In this document: positions 1 through 13,250 of the stretch, one piece after another | How the letters are laid out: every line of letters starts with the position of its first letter | How positions within the stretch are numbered: position 1 is the stretch's first letter | Assembly (NCBI RefSeq): GCF_963921235.1 | Contig: NC_086108.1 | Coordinates: 110,920,001 to 110,984,000 of the forward strand | Direction of reading: 5' to 3' | Source: Mobula hypostoma | Lineage: Eukaryota | Length of the DNA stretch: 64,000 nucleotides | Program-made: the position numbers and the translations under genes | Notes under the pieces: model-generated | Told to the model about the DNA's origin: nothing | Seen by the model: only the letters and a program-made list of their open reading frames with translations | Database searches by the model: none

Positions 1-1145
1 GTGCTTTAGAAAGCCTCAGCATCACCTCCCTGCTCTTGTATTCTAGACCTCTTGAAATGAATGCTAACATTGCATTTGCCTTCCCCACCACTGACTCTAC
101 CTGCAAGATAACCCTTAGGGTGCTCTGCAGAAGGACTCCCAATTTCCTTTGCATCTTAGATTTCCAGATTTTCTCTCTGTTTAGAAAATAGCCTGCACAT
201 TTATTTCTACTACCAAAGTGCATGATGATGCATTTTCCAACATTGTATTTAATTTGCCAGTTTCTTGCCCATTCTCCTAATCTGTCTAAGTCCTGCAGAC
301 CTTTGCACCATGGCTGCCTTCATCTTATGAGAGACGGCGCACTACACGATCAAGTTTATCTATGCCTGCTCATGCTGTTTCTATTCCTGATGCGAGAACC
401 TACACACTGGATAGAAGCTTCCTTCACTGTTATCAGAATTTGGAACAGCCTTCCAGATGCTGTGGTTGGAAATATCTGCGACGATGGGGTCCAAGCCTTC
501 AAGAGTCGAGTGCACAAACACCTATCATCTCTGGGAGGGAAGTCATATGCTTCTTCATAAGCTATCGTGAAGGGGACCAGGATGGCAATGCTTGGTTGTT
601 GGTAGGTAGGGTTAATACCTGACTTTAAAGAGCACTTGTGAGTTATGTTCCGGCTGGACTTAAACTGCTGGAGAGCAGTACGGAAAGAACAGGTCCTGTT
701 TTCTCCCGGTAGGGATTAGTTTTTAGTTCCAAGTGCTCCTGTCACGTTTTGTCACCCTGCAACCTTATCCTTCAATCTCTTTGAATTATGAAGGACAGCA
801 TGTGTATAAATGTCTCTCTCCAGCAGACTTCATCATGATCATCATGACCCCAGTATTTCTACTATTTTTTAATTGTATATATGATTTTTTTGTGGTCTGT
901 CACTGAGCAGCAATGAACCATCTGATTGGCCTATCAGAGTTCTCTTTGACAACTAGTTGACTTGATCAGCATTTCTGATCTGGCTATTGTTCTCGATTGC
1001 ATTTAATAAAAAAAAGTTCTTCTGCCTCCTACCTGTTTCCTCAACACTACCTGCCCCTCCACCAATCTTCGTATAATTTGCAAACTTGGCAACATAGCCA
1101 TCTATCCACCATCCAAATCATTGATATACAGCATAAAAAGAAGCG
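1..1145 (-). mobile_element. CR1 LINE fragment split by a nested LINE
   Basis: CR1 RT sequence at 1-292 resumes at about 1016-1145. Confidence 0.8.
293..1015 (+). mobile_element. 5'-truncated poly(A)-tailed LINE of a divergent CR1/Jockey-superfamily lineage
   Basis: Frameshifted ORF2 C-terminus ..RRTTRSSLSMPAHAVSIPDARTYTLDRSFLH / IRIWNSLPDAVVG..FKSRVHKHL*, about 450 nt 3'UTR, AATAAA plus A-tail at 1005-1015. Confidence 0.7.
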
Positions 1146-1734
1146 GTCTTTGGGATGTGGGAGGAATCTGGAGCACCCGGTCACAGGAAGGAGATACAAA
1201 CTTCCTTCAGGGGATGCAGAATTGAACTCCGAATTCCAAATCCCCGAATTGTAATAGTGTTGTGCTAACTGCTGTGGCACCCCTTCCCTGGAGCGTAGGA
1301 AGATGACTGGAGATTTGATAGAAATATATATAATTATGACAGATGTGGACAGGATAAATGCAAGCAGGCTTTCTCCACTGAGGGTGAGTGAGGAGTGAGA
1401 CTAGAACGAGAGGTCATGTGTTAAGGGTGAAAGGTGAAATGTTTGAGGGGAACCCAAGCATGGTTCGAAGGGCCTGTTTCTCTGCTCTGTGAAGTTTGAT
1501 CAGTAAGTTATCAGGTATTATAGTGAAGAAGTGTCAGTTATGGAAGTAGGTTGAGGAGTAGCAAATGGATCTCAATATGGATAAGTATGGGGTGATGTAT
1601 TTTGGAAAGCCAAACTAGTGTGGGACTTATACTGTGAATGATGGGGCACTTGGCAGCATAAAGGAACAGAGGGGTCTAGGTGTACTAGTGGATAGTTTGT
1701 TGAATGTGGCATCACAGGTAGACAGGATGGTGAA

Positions 1735-2610
1735 AAATTTACTGATGACACACACAGTTGTTGGTAGAGTTTCAGATGGTGATGAGGAGGCGTACAGGAG
1801 TAAGACAGATCAACTAGTTGAGTGGTGTCACAGCAGCAACCTTGCACTCGATGTTAGTAAGACCAAGGAATTGATTATGGACCAGGAAGGGGCAGTCGAG
1901 GGAACACACACTAGTCCTCATCAAGGGATCAGCAGTGGAAAAGGTGAGCACTTTCAAGCTCCTGAGCATCAACATCTCTGAAGATCTATCCTGGGCCCAA
2001 CATTTTGATGCAATTACAAAACAAGGCATGGCAGTGGCTATTTTTCCATTAGGAATTTGAAGAGACTTGATACATCACCAAAGACACTTGCAAATGTCTA
2101 CAGATGTAATGTGGAGAGCATTCTAACAGGTTGGATCACCATCTGGTATGGAGGGGCCAAGCACAGGATTGGAAAAAGCTGCATAAAGTTGTAACTCAGC
2201 CAGCTCCATCATGGGCACTATTCTCCCCTGCATCCAGGGCATCTTCAGGAGGTGATGCCTCAAAGAGGCGGCATCCATCACTCAGGGTCCTCATCAGCCA
2301 GAACGTGCCCTCTTCTCATCGCTACCATCAAAGAGGAGGAACAGGAGCCTGAAGACACGCACTCATCATTTTAGGAATAGTTTCTTCTCTTCTGCCACCA
2401 GATGTCTGAATGGACAACGAACCCATGTACACTACCTTAATATTTTTTCTTTTTTTTCTCTCTTTTGCACTACTTATTTTTTTAAATCTTTATTTCTTAT
2501 TGATATACTGTAGGTATTTTTTATTATTATGAATTGCAATGTGATGCTGCTGCATTATAATGAACATCATGTGCTGGTGATATTAAACCTAATTCTGGTT
2601 CTGACTCTGA
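1735..2610 (+). mobile_element. Rex1/Babar LINE 3' part
   Basis: DQLVEWCHSSNLALDVSKTKELI / FKLLSINISEDLSW motifs; (TTCTGA)-like tail near 2590-2610. Confidence 0.8.
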
Positions 2611-4988
2611 AAAGGGCATTTATCATGCTGGCCCTCAGCACTCAGGGCATTGAATACAGAGGATGAGACACATCCTAAGAAGATAGAGGCAAGCAAGACT
2701 CACCCACCCCACCTTCTGGAGCACCATTGAGAGCGTCCTGACAAGCTGCACCTCTATCTGGTTTGAGAGCAGTCGAGCATCAGACCGGAAGTCCTTACAA
2801 AGGCCTGTGAGAACACCTGAGAGGATCATAGAGGTCTCCCAACGGGGGACATTTATCAGGAGCGCAGCATACGCAGAGCCCTTGTGTTATTAAGGATCTC
2901 ACACATCCATCCAGCATCCTCTTTGACTTTCTACCATCAGGCGGGAGACTATGAAGCATAAAGACAAGAACAGTCGGGGTGGGAAACAGTTTTGTCCCCC
3001 AGGCCATTAGGATTCTGACCTTCCTGCCGCATCGTATTCCAAGTGTCACTGGTTAATCTGTTCCACACCTTACAATATTTAATTTTAATGCACCTTAGTT
3101 TTTTATTTATGTGTGATTCATCTGTAGATTTTATCGTTACCTTCATAAGTTATTATGTGTTATGTATACTACTGTGCTTTACACCCTGGTTTGGAGAAAC
3201 CTTGTCTCATTTCTATATGCATTACATGGTTCTATACATTATGTGAGAGTAAGAGTTCGGCACAGACTAGAAGGGCCAAGGTGGCCTGTTTCCGTGCTGT
3301 AATTGTTATATGGTTATATACATGTATATAGTTAAAGGACAATAAACTTGACTTGGTTATGTTGCAGTTGTAGCAAGTTACTGGTGAGGCCACACTTGGA
3401 GTACTGTGTACAGTGTTGGTCACTCTGTTGTAGGAAAGATGTGGTTCAACTGGAAAGAGCACAGAGAATGTTGCCAGGACCAGAGTCCTGAGTTACAGAG
3501 AGAGGTTGGCCAGGTTTGGTCTTTATTCTTTGAAAAGTAGGCGAATGATTGATACATGTAAAGACAGAGAATAGAGAGATATCCATCACATATAGGCGAA
3601 AAAATTTAGTTTACATTTGCATGGTGTTCAGCACAGACATTGCGGGCCAAAAGGCCTGTTCCTGTGCTGTAATGTTTTTTCCTCTGTTGGACATTGGTAA
3701 TGTAGTAATCTGTGAGTCTGATTTATTGGTTCATTGGCAAGATCCATGGCGGGGGAGCTGTGGGGCCTTGGCTGTCACATGGACCCGGCCTTTAAGCTGC
3801 GGGGACGCCTGCTGCGGCCAACCAGGGAAGGAGACACTGGAGGTGGGGTGGCCCAGTGGACCCACCTGTCAGTGCTCCTCTCTAGCGTTCGCTTGATGGA
3901 AGACAAGCTGGACTGCGTTTGCCTCCAGCTGCACTAGCATGTGATGAGGAACTGTTGTGTGCTTGTTCTTGCTGAAACGTGGCTCCAGGACAACAGCCCA
4001 TGCAGCATCAATCTGCAGGCCTTGACACCCAGAGACTTGTATATTGTCATTTTTTTTGTGACTGTATATTTTTTGGCTATCATATGTGCGAAATATGCCT
4101 TCTGCCGTGTGTGACTGTTGGTACTGTGTTTTACACTCTGACCCTTGCATTTGCTCCACTCTTTGCTGCACTGAGGCTGAGGCTATGGGCTTGTACCAGC
4201 TGCTCTGGGGTTTGTGTCTGTGAGCTCCACGGCATTTTGCTCTGTTGTGTGATGAGCTGAGGCTGTGGGTGTGGTCTCTGGCTTCGTGTCTGTGGATTCA
4301 TTCTGCTTTCATTCTGAATGCCGTTGCTTGTTTTCACTGTTTGCATGATTTGTGTTTTTTTTTCTCTCTGCACATTAGGTGTTCATTGGTCTTTTTAATG
4401 GGTTCTTTTGGGTTTCTGGTTCTGTGGCTGCCTGTAAAGGGACAAATCTCAAGGTTGTATAAAGTATACATACTTATTAATAAATGTACTTTGAACTTGG
4501 AACGCTGTTTCATTTGGCTGTATTCTTGTGTATGCTTGAGTAACAATTAAAATTAAACTTATGTTTAAAGTTAACTTTAACAGCTCTCATTCAACAGGCA
4601 CATCAGTGAATACGATAAATAGAGGTATATATAAATTTAGGTTTAAGGGAAAAATATTGGCCAGGCAGAATTTGACACAATAAAATCAACTCAGACTTCA
4701 GACAACAAGGTGTAAGATATTCAGAATATTTTATATCAGAACTAGATTGCAGTCTGTCTATTGAAAATTATGAAGTCACCTTGGTTCAAGATAAGATCAT
4801 CAGCGGTCAGTTCACAGTCAGCATGTGTACACCCATGTTTGTCATAATTAATTTTATACACAATGCAAAAACAGAATTTTGCCATGAATTTCATGAAGTC
4901 AGTATCATAGAGCTTGACAACGAGTTGCAAGGAAGCATTAGAAAAGATTTAGTTGATTCAGTTAACAATTATCTGCAAATCATTAAAA

Positions 4989-4994
4989 TTTATT
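4989..4994 (-). terminator. Candidate polyadenylation signal of the CTBS-like gene
   Basis: AATAAA on the minus strand about 120 nt after the stop codon. Confidence 0.45.
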
Positions 4995-5116
4995 TCAGTA
5001 AATTTCATTCATCAGAGAACATATTAAATCTGAGTCTTGGATCTTTGTGCATTCATTATTCTTCCTTGCTAACAAAATTTCATTCACAATTACAGGGATC
5101 TAACGCTGTACGTTCA

Positions 5117-5302
5117 TTAAGATTTATATAAAGCATTCCACATGTTTTGGGTTTGCATTGCTACTGTTGCGTTGTAAGTGTAATTTAGGAAATTCCCAGT
5201 CCACGCTCCAATGCCGGCAAGTTTGAACTTCTTCACCAGAGATGCCTTTGCTGCAATACTTCGTGGGTTATCATACCACACCTCATGGGACTTTCCTTGG
5301 GA
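5117..5302 (-). CDS. ctbs: CTBS-like exon 7 (terminal coding exon, stop TAA 5119-5117)
   Basis: tttgttag|SQGKSHEVWYDNPRSIAAKASLVKKFKLAGIGAWTGNFLNYTYNATVAMQTQNMWNALYKS*. Matches CTBS HQVWYDNP.SI..KA......L.GIGMW...L.Y....A..QT..MW. Read directly from the DNA. Confidence 0.95.
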   Translation of the reverse strand, partial: SQGKSHEVWYDNPRSIAAKASLVKKFKLAGIGAWTGNFLNYTYNATVAMQTQNMWNALYKS

Positions 5303-5702
5303 CTAACAAAAATAAACATCAAACTGAGTTTAATGGTTCAATTTAATGTCTGAGAATGTATGCAATATACAACCTGAGATCCTTACTCTTCACAGACATC
5401 CATGAAACAGAGAGCAAAAAAAACAAAGAGTGAATGACAGAAAAACATTAGTTGTCATATCCAACAATGACAGGAAACTGTGTGGGAGAGTTTTAAAGAG
5501 GAAAGGCCATTCCACTGGACAGTTCCACTCCCTTGACCTTAGAAGTCCAGGTCCAGTGATACGAGTAGTCAAGTATGAGTAACAAAAACATTACACACAT
5601 TATAAACACAAGAGATACTGCAAATTCTGTAAGTCCAGAGCAACACACACAAAATTCATCCTGCAATTTGAGAATGAGAAGCTAAACTCAGATGTATCAT
5701 TA

Positions 5703-7400
5703 CTACAGTGCAGTAAAGGGAATTACAGTGTCATGAGAGAGGAGCTGGCCAAAATTGATTGGAAAAGAACACTGGCAGGGATGACGGCAGAGCTGGAGTT
5801 TCTGAGAGCAATTAGTAAGGGGCAGAATGTATATATCCCAACGAGGAAGAAGTATTCTAAGGTAGGATGACACAACTGAAAGGCTCTGAAAGAGGTGGCT
5901 GAAGAGATTGAGGGGTCTTTGGAAATTATCTTTCAAGAATCGATTCTGGCATGGTTCTGGTGGAATAGAAATTTGCAAATGTCACTCCACTCTTCAAGAA
6001 AGGGAGAGGCAGAAGAAGGTACGTTACAGTATAGGCCAGCTAGTCTGATCTCAGTGATAGGGAAGACATGGGAGTTGATTGTTAAGGATGAGGTCTCAGG
6101 GTACTTGGAGGCACATGATAAAATAGGCCACAGTCAGTGTGGTTTCCTCAAGGGAAAATCTTTTCTACAAATCTCTTAGAATATGAAGAAACAACAAGCA
6201 GGGTAGACAAAGGAGAATTTGTGGATACTTTGATTTTCAGAAAGCCTTTGACAAGGTGCCACACGTGAGGCTGCTTAACAACACCCATGGTATTACAGGA
6301 AAGATATTAGCATGGATAAAGAAGTGGCTGATTGGCAGGAGGCAAAGAGTAGGAATAAAGGGAGCTTTTCTGGTTGGCTGGTGGTGACTAATGGTAGTTG
6401 ACTGAGGTCTGTGTTGGGATCGATACTTTTTACGTTATGTCAATGATTTGGATGACAGAATTGATGGCTTTGTGGCAACATTAGTGGATGATACAAAGGT
6501 AGGTGGAGGTGCAGGTAGTTTTGAGGAAGGAGAGAGGCTACAGAAGGACTTGGACATATTAGGAGAATGGGCAAAGAAGTAGCAGATGGAATACAGTGTT
6601 GAGAAGTGAATGGCCATACACTTTGGTACAAGAAGTAAAAATGCAGACCATTTTCTAAATGGAGAGAAAATTCATAAAATCTGAGGTGCAAAGGGACTTG
6701 GGAGCCCTCGTGCATGATTCCATTAAGGTTAATTTGCAGGTTGAGTCTGTGGTGAGGAAGACAAATGTGATGTTAGCATTCATTTCTAGAGAACCAGAAC
6801 ATGAAAGCAAGGATGTAATGTTGAGGCTTTCTAAAGCACTGGTGAGGACTCACTTGGAGTATTGTGAGCAGTTTTATGCCCCTTATCTAAGAAAGGATAT
6901 GCAGACATTGGGGAAGGTTCCAGGATTGAAAGGGTTTTCGTTTGAGGAGCATTTGATGGCCCTGGGCCTGTCCTCACCGGAATTCAGAAGAATGAGGGGT
7001 GATCTCATTGAAACCTATCGAATGGTGAAAGGGCTGGATAGAATGCATGGGGAGAGGATGTTTCTTATGGTGGGGGACTTCAGGATCAGAGGACACAACC
7101 TCCGAGTATAGGGGTGTCCTTTTAGAATGGAGATGAGGAGGAATTTCTTTAGCCAGAGAGTGGCGAATCTGTGGAATTCATTGCCACAGGTGGCTCTAGA
7201 GGCCAAGTCATTTCGTATATTTAAGGCAGAGGTTGATAGATTCTTGATTAGTCAGAGCATGAAGGGATATGGGGAGAAGGCAGGTGACTGTGGCTGTGAG
7301 GGAAAATGGATTAGCCATTTGAAATAGCCATGATGAAATAGTGGAGTAGATTTGATGGGCCAAATGGCCTAATTCTGCTTCTATACTTTATGATCTTATG
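5703..7400 (+). mobile_element. Degenerate CR1 LINE
   Basis: YRPASLISV, ALVRTHLEYCEQF, RRMRGDLIETY, NFFSQRVANLWN motifs; CR1 3' tail near 7400. Confidence 0.9.
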
Positions 7401-8532
7401 TGGGGTGCAGAAACAGAGGGCTGCTCGGAGAGAGGTCAGGATAGCTGGGGGTGGTTCTTGCAAACTTGGCCTGGACCCGGGGGTGGGGTGGTGAGTGCAA
7501 GCTAAAGCAGATGCGAAAGGGAGAGAACAGTGTGGATGTGATAGTGAGCTGCAGAAAGAGGGACAGTAGTGGGGCACGAGGAGATCACATGAACCAAGAG
7601 GGTAACAGCTACTCCCCGGGCCCCAGGGAAGATGTCACTAGGAGAGTGGGGCAATAGAAACAAGGACAGGAGGAGGAAGTAGGGAGCGGACCATGTGGAG
7701 TGGTGCAGGGAGAAGCAGGAAGACCGAAGGGTGGTCTGGGGTGGGGACTGGGACGGGGAAGGGGGGGTTACTCGTCCGCATCCATACGTCTCGAGAGACG
7801 ATGGTGTGACACTTTTTTGGATGGTTCTTGGGGTTGTAGACCTGGGGCAATTTGCACTTTCTAGAGTGGCTGTCCAGCCCCCCTCTGGAGTGACAGTCTC
7901 TCTCACAGCGGCTGCAGGGGAAGGAGGAAGGTGCTCTGGGTGATGCAGCCCTGACTTTGCTACTGGCTCTCTTGTTGATGAGCATGTTGGTCCCTGCTAT
8001 CTCAGCACATTGTACAACTGCTTTTGACTGTGGCCCTCCATGCTGTCCGGTCTTCAGTTGTTTCCTCCCAGGTGTTGAGGTCGATGACTGCCAGCTTCAT
8101 GTCATACTTGCAGATGTCCCTGTAGCAGAGGCATGGTCTCCCTCATGGGCGATAACCCTCACTCAGCTCGCTATGCAGCACATCCTTGGGGAAGTGTCCC
8201 TGGTCCGTCCGTTTGACATTGACAACCATCTGTGGCAGAGTCTGTGGATGCTGGGGGTGTCAGCCCACTGCAGGATCTCTGTGTTGGTGATTCTGTCCTG
8301 CCAGGAGATGTGAGCCCGAGGCAGTGTGGGGGAACGAGTTTAGCCTCTTCGCTTGACAGATGTGTGGTGTCCAAGCCTCGTTGGCGTAGAGGAGTGTGCC
8401 GAGCACGCACACCCGGTACACACTCAGCTTGGTCTTCGTCATTAGCTGTCTGTTGTTCCACACTCTCTTGTTCAGTCTGGCCATGACAGCTGCAGCCTTG
8501 GCAATCCCGCTGTTCACCTCTGCTTCATAGTG

Positions 8533-9118
8533 TAGTAGTAGTCATAGTCATACTTTATTGATCCTGGGGGAAATTGGTTTTTGTTACAGTTGCACCATAA
8601 ATAATTAAATAGTAATAAAACCATAAATAGTTAAATAGTAATACGTAAATTATGCCAGGAAATAAGGCCAGGACCAGCCTATTGGCTCAGGATGTCTGAC
8701 CCTCCAAGGGAGGAGTTGTAAAGTTTGATGGCCACAGGCAGGAATGACTTCCCATGACGCTCTGTGTTGCATCTCGGTGGAATGAGTCTCTGACTGAATG
8801 TACTCCTGTGCCCACCCAGTACATTATGTAGTGGATGGGAGACATTGTCCAAGATGGCATGCAACTTGGACAGCATCCTCTTTTCAGACACCACCGTCAG
8901 AAAGTCCAGTTCCATCCCCACAACGTCACTGGCCTTACGAATGAGTTTGTTGATTCTGTTGGTGTCTGCTACCCACAGCCTGCTGCCCCAGCACACAACA
9001 GCAAACATGATTGCACTGGGTACCACAGACTCGTAGAACATCCTCAGCATGGTCTGGCAGATGTTAAAGGACTCAGTCTCCTCAGGAAATAGAGACGGCT
9101 CTGACCCTTCTTGTAGAC
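8533..9118 (-). mobile_element. Rex1/Babar LINE 3' fragment nested in the RTE
   Basis: ORF 8679-9050 is nearly identical to the ORF at 37084-37719; (ATGACT)n-type tail. Confidence 0.9.
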
Positions 9119-9780
9119 ACAGTCAGTTGGTAATGGTCGATCCAACCTAGGTGAAGGAGTCAACTACATCAAGAGAGCAACCATCAATGGTGATGTTTGG
9201 GAGAGATTCTGCACCCTGGGCCATGATGTTTGTCTCCTTCAGAGAACCCAAACTCCTTGCAGGCGTGGGCGAAGTGGTTAATCAGTTGTTGGAATCCCCC
9301 TTCAGTATGTGACGTCAGTGTTGCATCATCTGCAAGCAGCAACTCGCGGATGAGGGCTGTCCTAACTTTGGTCCTGGGGTGCTAGCGAGTGATGTTAAAC
9401 AGCTTACCATCGGCTCTCGTGCGAAGGGAGATGCCTTCAGTGCGGTCTGTGAAGGAGCATGGAGAAGACGATTCCAAAGAGGGTCAGTGCCCGGACATAA
9501 CCTGGTTTCACTCCGCCGCTCACTGGAAAGGCACCAGAAGTTGCTCCATTGAAGCAGACAGTGCTATGCATGTCATGGAAGGATGATGTGATGCTGTGTA
9601 GTACTGGGGGGGGGCAGCTAATCCTTAGCACAAGTTTGAGGAGTCTGCTTCTGCTGATGAGGTTGAATAACTTGGTCAGATCAATGAAGGCTGTGCACAG
9701 TGACTTCTACTGCTCTAGACACTTCTTCTGCAGCTGGTTCAATGAGAAGATCATGCCCACTGTGGACATGCCTGCTCTGG

Positions 9781-9900
9781 ATGCACACTGGGACTCTGGG
9801 TAGACTCTGGATCCACACTGGGACTCTGGGTAGGCTCTGGATCCACACTGGGACTCTGGGTAGGCTCTGGATCCACACTGGGACTCTGGGTAGACTCCGG
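9781..9900. repeat. 30-bp tandem repeat x4 inside the RTE RT
   Basis: atc/gcacactgggactctgggtaga/gctctgg x4; encodes YPESQCGSRA/V repeats in frame. Confidence 0.95.
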
Positions 9901-12079
9901 ATGCAAGGCTCTGGAGCCGTTCCAGGATAATGCGGGCCAACACTTTTCCCACAATACTAAGGAGAGAGAATCCACGGTAGTTGTTACAATCACTACGGTC
10001 GCCCTTGTTTTTGTACAGTGTGACAATGTTGGCATCTCGCATGTCTTGGGGGACGTGGCCTTTCTCCCAGCAAAGACACAGAAGCTCGTGCAGATGATAC
10101 TGCAGTGTAGCTTCCCACTCTTGAAGGCTTCAGGGGGATTTCCATCTTTCCCTGGGGCTCTCCCACGGGGAGACAGTCGAAGGCTTTGCTGAGCTCCTCC
10201 CTAGGTGGCAATGCGTCAAGCTCTTCCATGACTGGTGAGTCGGTCAGTGCCCTTGGGGCAGAATTGGGTTGCATACGGCTCCAGACAGTGCTCTACCCAA
10301 CGTTCAAGCTGCTTGCTCTGGTCCGTGGTGACTACCCCATTTTTCCACTTCAGTGGGGCTGTCTTGCTGGCTGGAGGGCCTGTTCCTGACTCGATGCTGT
10401 CAAACACCTTGTGTTCCCGCAGCTGGCAGCTGATAGGGATTTGCCGCTTAGGCTCAGCCGGTAGCTGTTTGCACAACGTCAGACAGTTTGCCGTGCCTTG
10501 TTTCTGGTAGCTCTGATCGCATTGCAAGCGCTGGTGCAGGGGCTTTGCTTGTTGGCCAGCAGGGCTTTTCTCTTGGCCTCTGCCACTTGCTCCATTGCTT
10601 CCCGCTGCGCATCGTGCCCGTCTGCGTTCTCGGGCTCCTTTTTTTTACCAAATGCTGTTATGGCTGAGCTGTAGACGGCATCATGGAGTTGTGACCACTT
10701 GGAGTCAATAGAGGCGCTGTCACCCGGACTCTTCTTCATCGTGGCTTCAAAGGCGTCTGCGAACTGCTGTAGTCTGTCAGAGTTCACTGTACAGCAGGAA
10801 TGATGGAGTCTCTTTGGCATTAGCCCTGCTCTGCTGACAACAACTGAAAGGTCTGTGTTGCTGTCTGCACTGTGATAACTGTGAGTGTTCAGGTCCCTGC
10901 ACTCGGTGATTATACGGTTGAGCAGATGCTGGTGGTGGGACCACGGATGTCTCCAGTAGACCTCGTGCCGCTCCTTACCCTGAAAATACGTGTTGGTGAT
11001 GCACAGTCCATGATGGCAGCATAGTTCTAGCAGTCTCTGCCTGTCCTCGTTCATCTTGCCAATGCCATAATGGCCAAGGCAAGAAGGCCATCTTCCTGGT
11101 CGGCTCAAACTTTAGCATTGAAGTCTCCCAGCAGGTACAATCCTTCAGCACTTGGGATTCTAGATATTGCCTCATCCAGGGCCTCGGAGAACTGGACTTT
11201 GGCCTCTGGTGAAGAACAAAGTGTTGAGGTGTGGATGCTCACGAGGTTTTCAGGGCCAGAAAGCGACAATAAGCAGAAAGCAAGGATTCTTTCTGTTGTG
11301 CCTGTTGGTGGTTCCATGGTGGCGATGATGGAGTTCTTCACTGCAAAACCAACCCCATTCTGCCTTGGGTCCTCATGAGGGAGACCCTGCCAAAAGAAGG
11401 TGCAATTGGACTCTCTGATGGAACCGTTATCCGTCAAGCAGGTCTCCTGGAGGTAGGCAAAGTCGATGAGCCATTGAGTGAGCTCCCTGTCAATGGCTGC
11501 TGTTTTGTGGGCATCATCGATCTGTTGGAGATTGTCAGTCAGTCCAGGACACGTGGTCCAGATGTTCCAGCTTGTGTGGAGAATAGCTGCGTTCTTCCTA
11601 GTTTTAATCCTTCCACCTGGTGTGGACGCACAGCTCACTTGTCGAGGTGAACTCTGAGCCCCATGCCCCCAGTGAGGCAGGCACGCAGTGGCAGGACAGT
11701 GCCTTACTGGCTGTGGGCTGCCCAACTTGAGACAGGCGAGATGCGATGATCTCTCCCACCGCCAGAAGTGGCCCCTGGCGCTCGTTTCCTGCACGAATCA
11801 GTTGAGTTTGTAACCAATAACAGCCACTTCCTGTGTTGTGCCAATATCTTGTGACGTCAAAGGAGTGCCCTCTCCATAGTGCCAGGGGCCTGGGCGAGGG
11901 GATATGGAGGTCCTGGGCCACCCTGATCTCAAGACCCCCCTCTCGGCGCTGCTGGCAGAGTCCAGTGGAAAGGGAAGAACCAGTACATTTGTTGCCAGCC
12001 CAGCTGGAATTGCTGGATGGTGACGTAGTAAGCCTTAGGACTCCCAAGGCAGACACAAGGCAGCGCGACTATTTACCCG

Positions 12080-12520
12080 TAATTTTGATGGTGCCACTGG
12101 CGATAATTCCGTTGCCTGTTCCTCCGTAACCTCCAGAGATGATGAACAGTCTCACTGAGATTTGGCACAGAAATTGTCAATTGCTGGAGCGATGATGCAG
12201 TCGGAGGCGAAGACGCGCCCGCAACCGCTGTGCACCGGTACCAACCCCCAGCCGAGAGTCTAGTGCAGGCCGGCCCCGCTGCGAGGTCTCCACACCCTCC
12301 TGCCAGCCAGTCAGCGCCGCACCCTCCGCCCTTATGGGGGATTGAAGCCGACGTTAAAAGGAGAGGACGATGGGGCAGGAGCGGAGCTGGAAGTGGGGAG
12401 CGCTGTGCAGACTGTGCAGGGTGAACCGGGAGTGAAAGCCAGGACTTCCCCGGGAAGGCCAAAATGGCCGCAGAGAGAGCGGGATGATTGGATGTGGACG
12501 ACGGAATGTGAAGAGCCACA
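12080..12520. promoter_or_regulatory. CpG-island-like promoter candidate inside CTBS-like intron 6
   Basis: About 26 CpG in 12181-12510 (hand count), YY1-type CAAAATGGCCGC 12460-12471, GC box CCGCCC near 12326, reverse CCAAT near 12487, minus-strand donor ACGG|GTAA at 12077/12076. Confidence 0.45.
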
Positions 12521-12754
12521 GGGTAGGGAGTCCATGCATGATGTCGGGAGAAGAGGGTGGCAGAAAGTGAAGGATGTCCTAATATGGAGACGCAAGAGAC
12601 TTGCAGATGTGGGAATCTGGAGCATCTGGATCGGGTGGAAAAGGGGCCCGTTATTTGTGTTGTCTCACTGAACGTGTGGACATGCTACATTGGCAAGGCA
12701 CCCCCAGCACATTCCTGTGCGTTTTAGTTACTGATGATGATGCAATTCACTGTA

Positions 12755-13250
12755 TTAGGTATACCTGCTCATCAATGCAAATGTTTAATCAGCCAATCAT
12801 GTAGCAGCAACTCAAAGCAAAAAAGCATGCAGGCATGGTCAAGAGGTTCAGCTGCTCAAACCAAACATTAAAATGGGGAAGAAATGTGATCTAAGTGGCT
12901 TTGAACATGGAATGATTGTTGGTGCCAGACCGGGTGGTTTGATTATCTCAGAAACTGCTGATCTCCTGGGATTTTCATGCACAACAGTCTCTGGAGTTTG
13001 CAGAGCAAAGTACCAGAAGTAAAAACAAAACAACCAGTGAAAATATCTTGTTAACGAGAGAGGTCAGAGAGGGGCTAGACTGGTCCAAGCTGACAGGATG
13101 GTGACAGTAACTCAAATAACCACACATTACAACAGCGGTGTGTAGAAGTCCATCTCTGAATGTGAAACATATCAGACCTTGAAGTGGATGGGCTACAGCA
13201 GCAGAGGCCATTTTTTTAGCTATAGGAGGTAGATAATAAAGTGGCTATAG
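12755..13250 (+). mobile_element. Tc1-like non-autonomous DNA transposon
   Basis: MGKKCDLSGFEHGMIVGAR..ETADLLGFS HTH remnant; TIR remnants (attaggtatacc / taataaagtggc). Confidence 0.8.

Larger units (their letters stand above)
7776..12072 (-). mobile_element. Near full-length RTE (BovB-like) LINE, decayed
   Basis: APE endonuclease (SWNI, LQET, GVGFAVK, LLGDFNAKV), RT (DANIVTLYKNKGDRSDCNNYRG, PESQCG), C-terminal CxxC..SH..C knuckle, GTCTC-GAGAC 3' hairpin; 8-bp TSD TTACTCGT (7768-7775) / TTACCCGT (12073-12080). Confidence 0.92.

Noticed and set aside
4781..5131. 116-aa plus-strand ORF
   Set aside because: Antisense to the CTBS-like 3'UTR, non-ATG start, no recognisable motif
9781..9900. CRISPR-like array
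   Set aside because: Head-to-tail repeats with no spacers, inside a eukaryotic LINE
12077..12154. 78-nt cassette exon for the CTBS-like gene
   Set aside because: Its open frame is phase 1-1 but intron 6 is phase 0, where it would start with TGA
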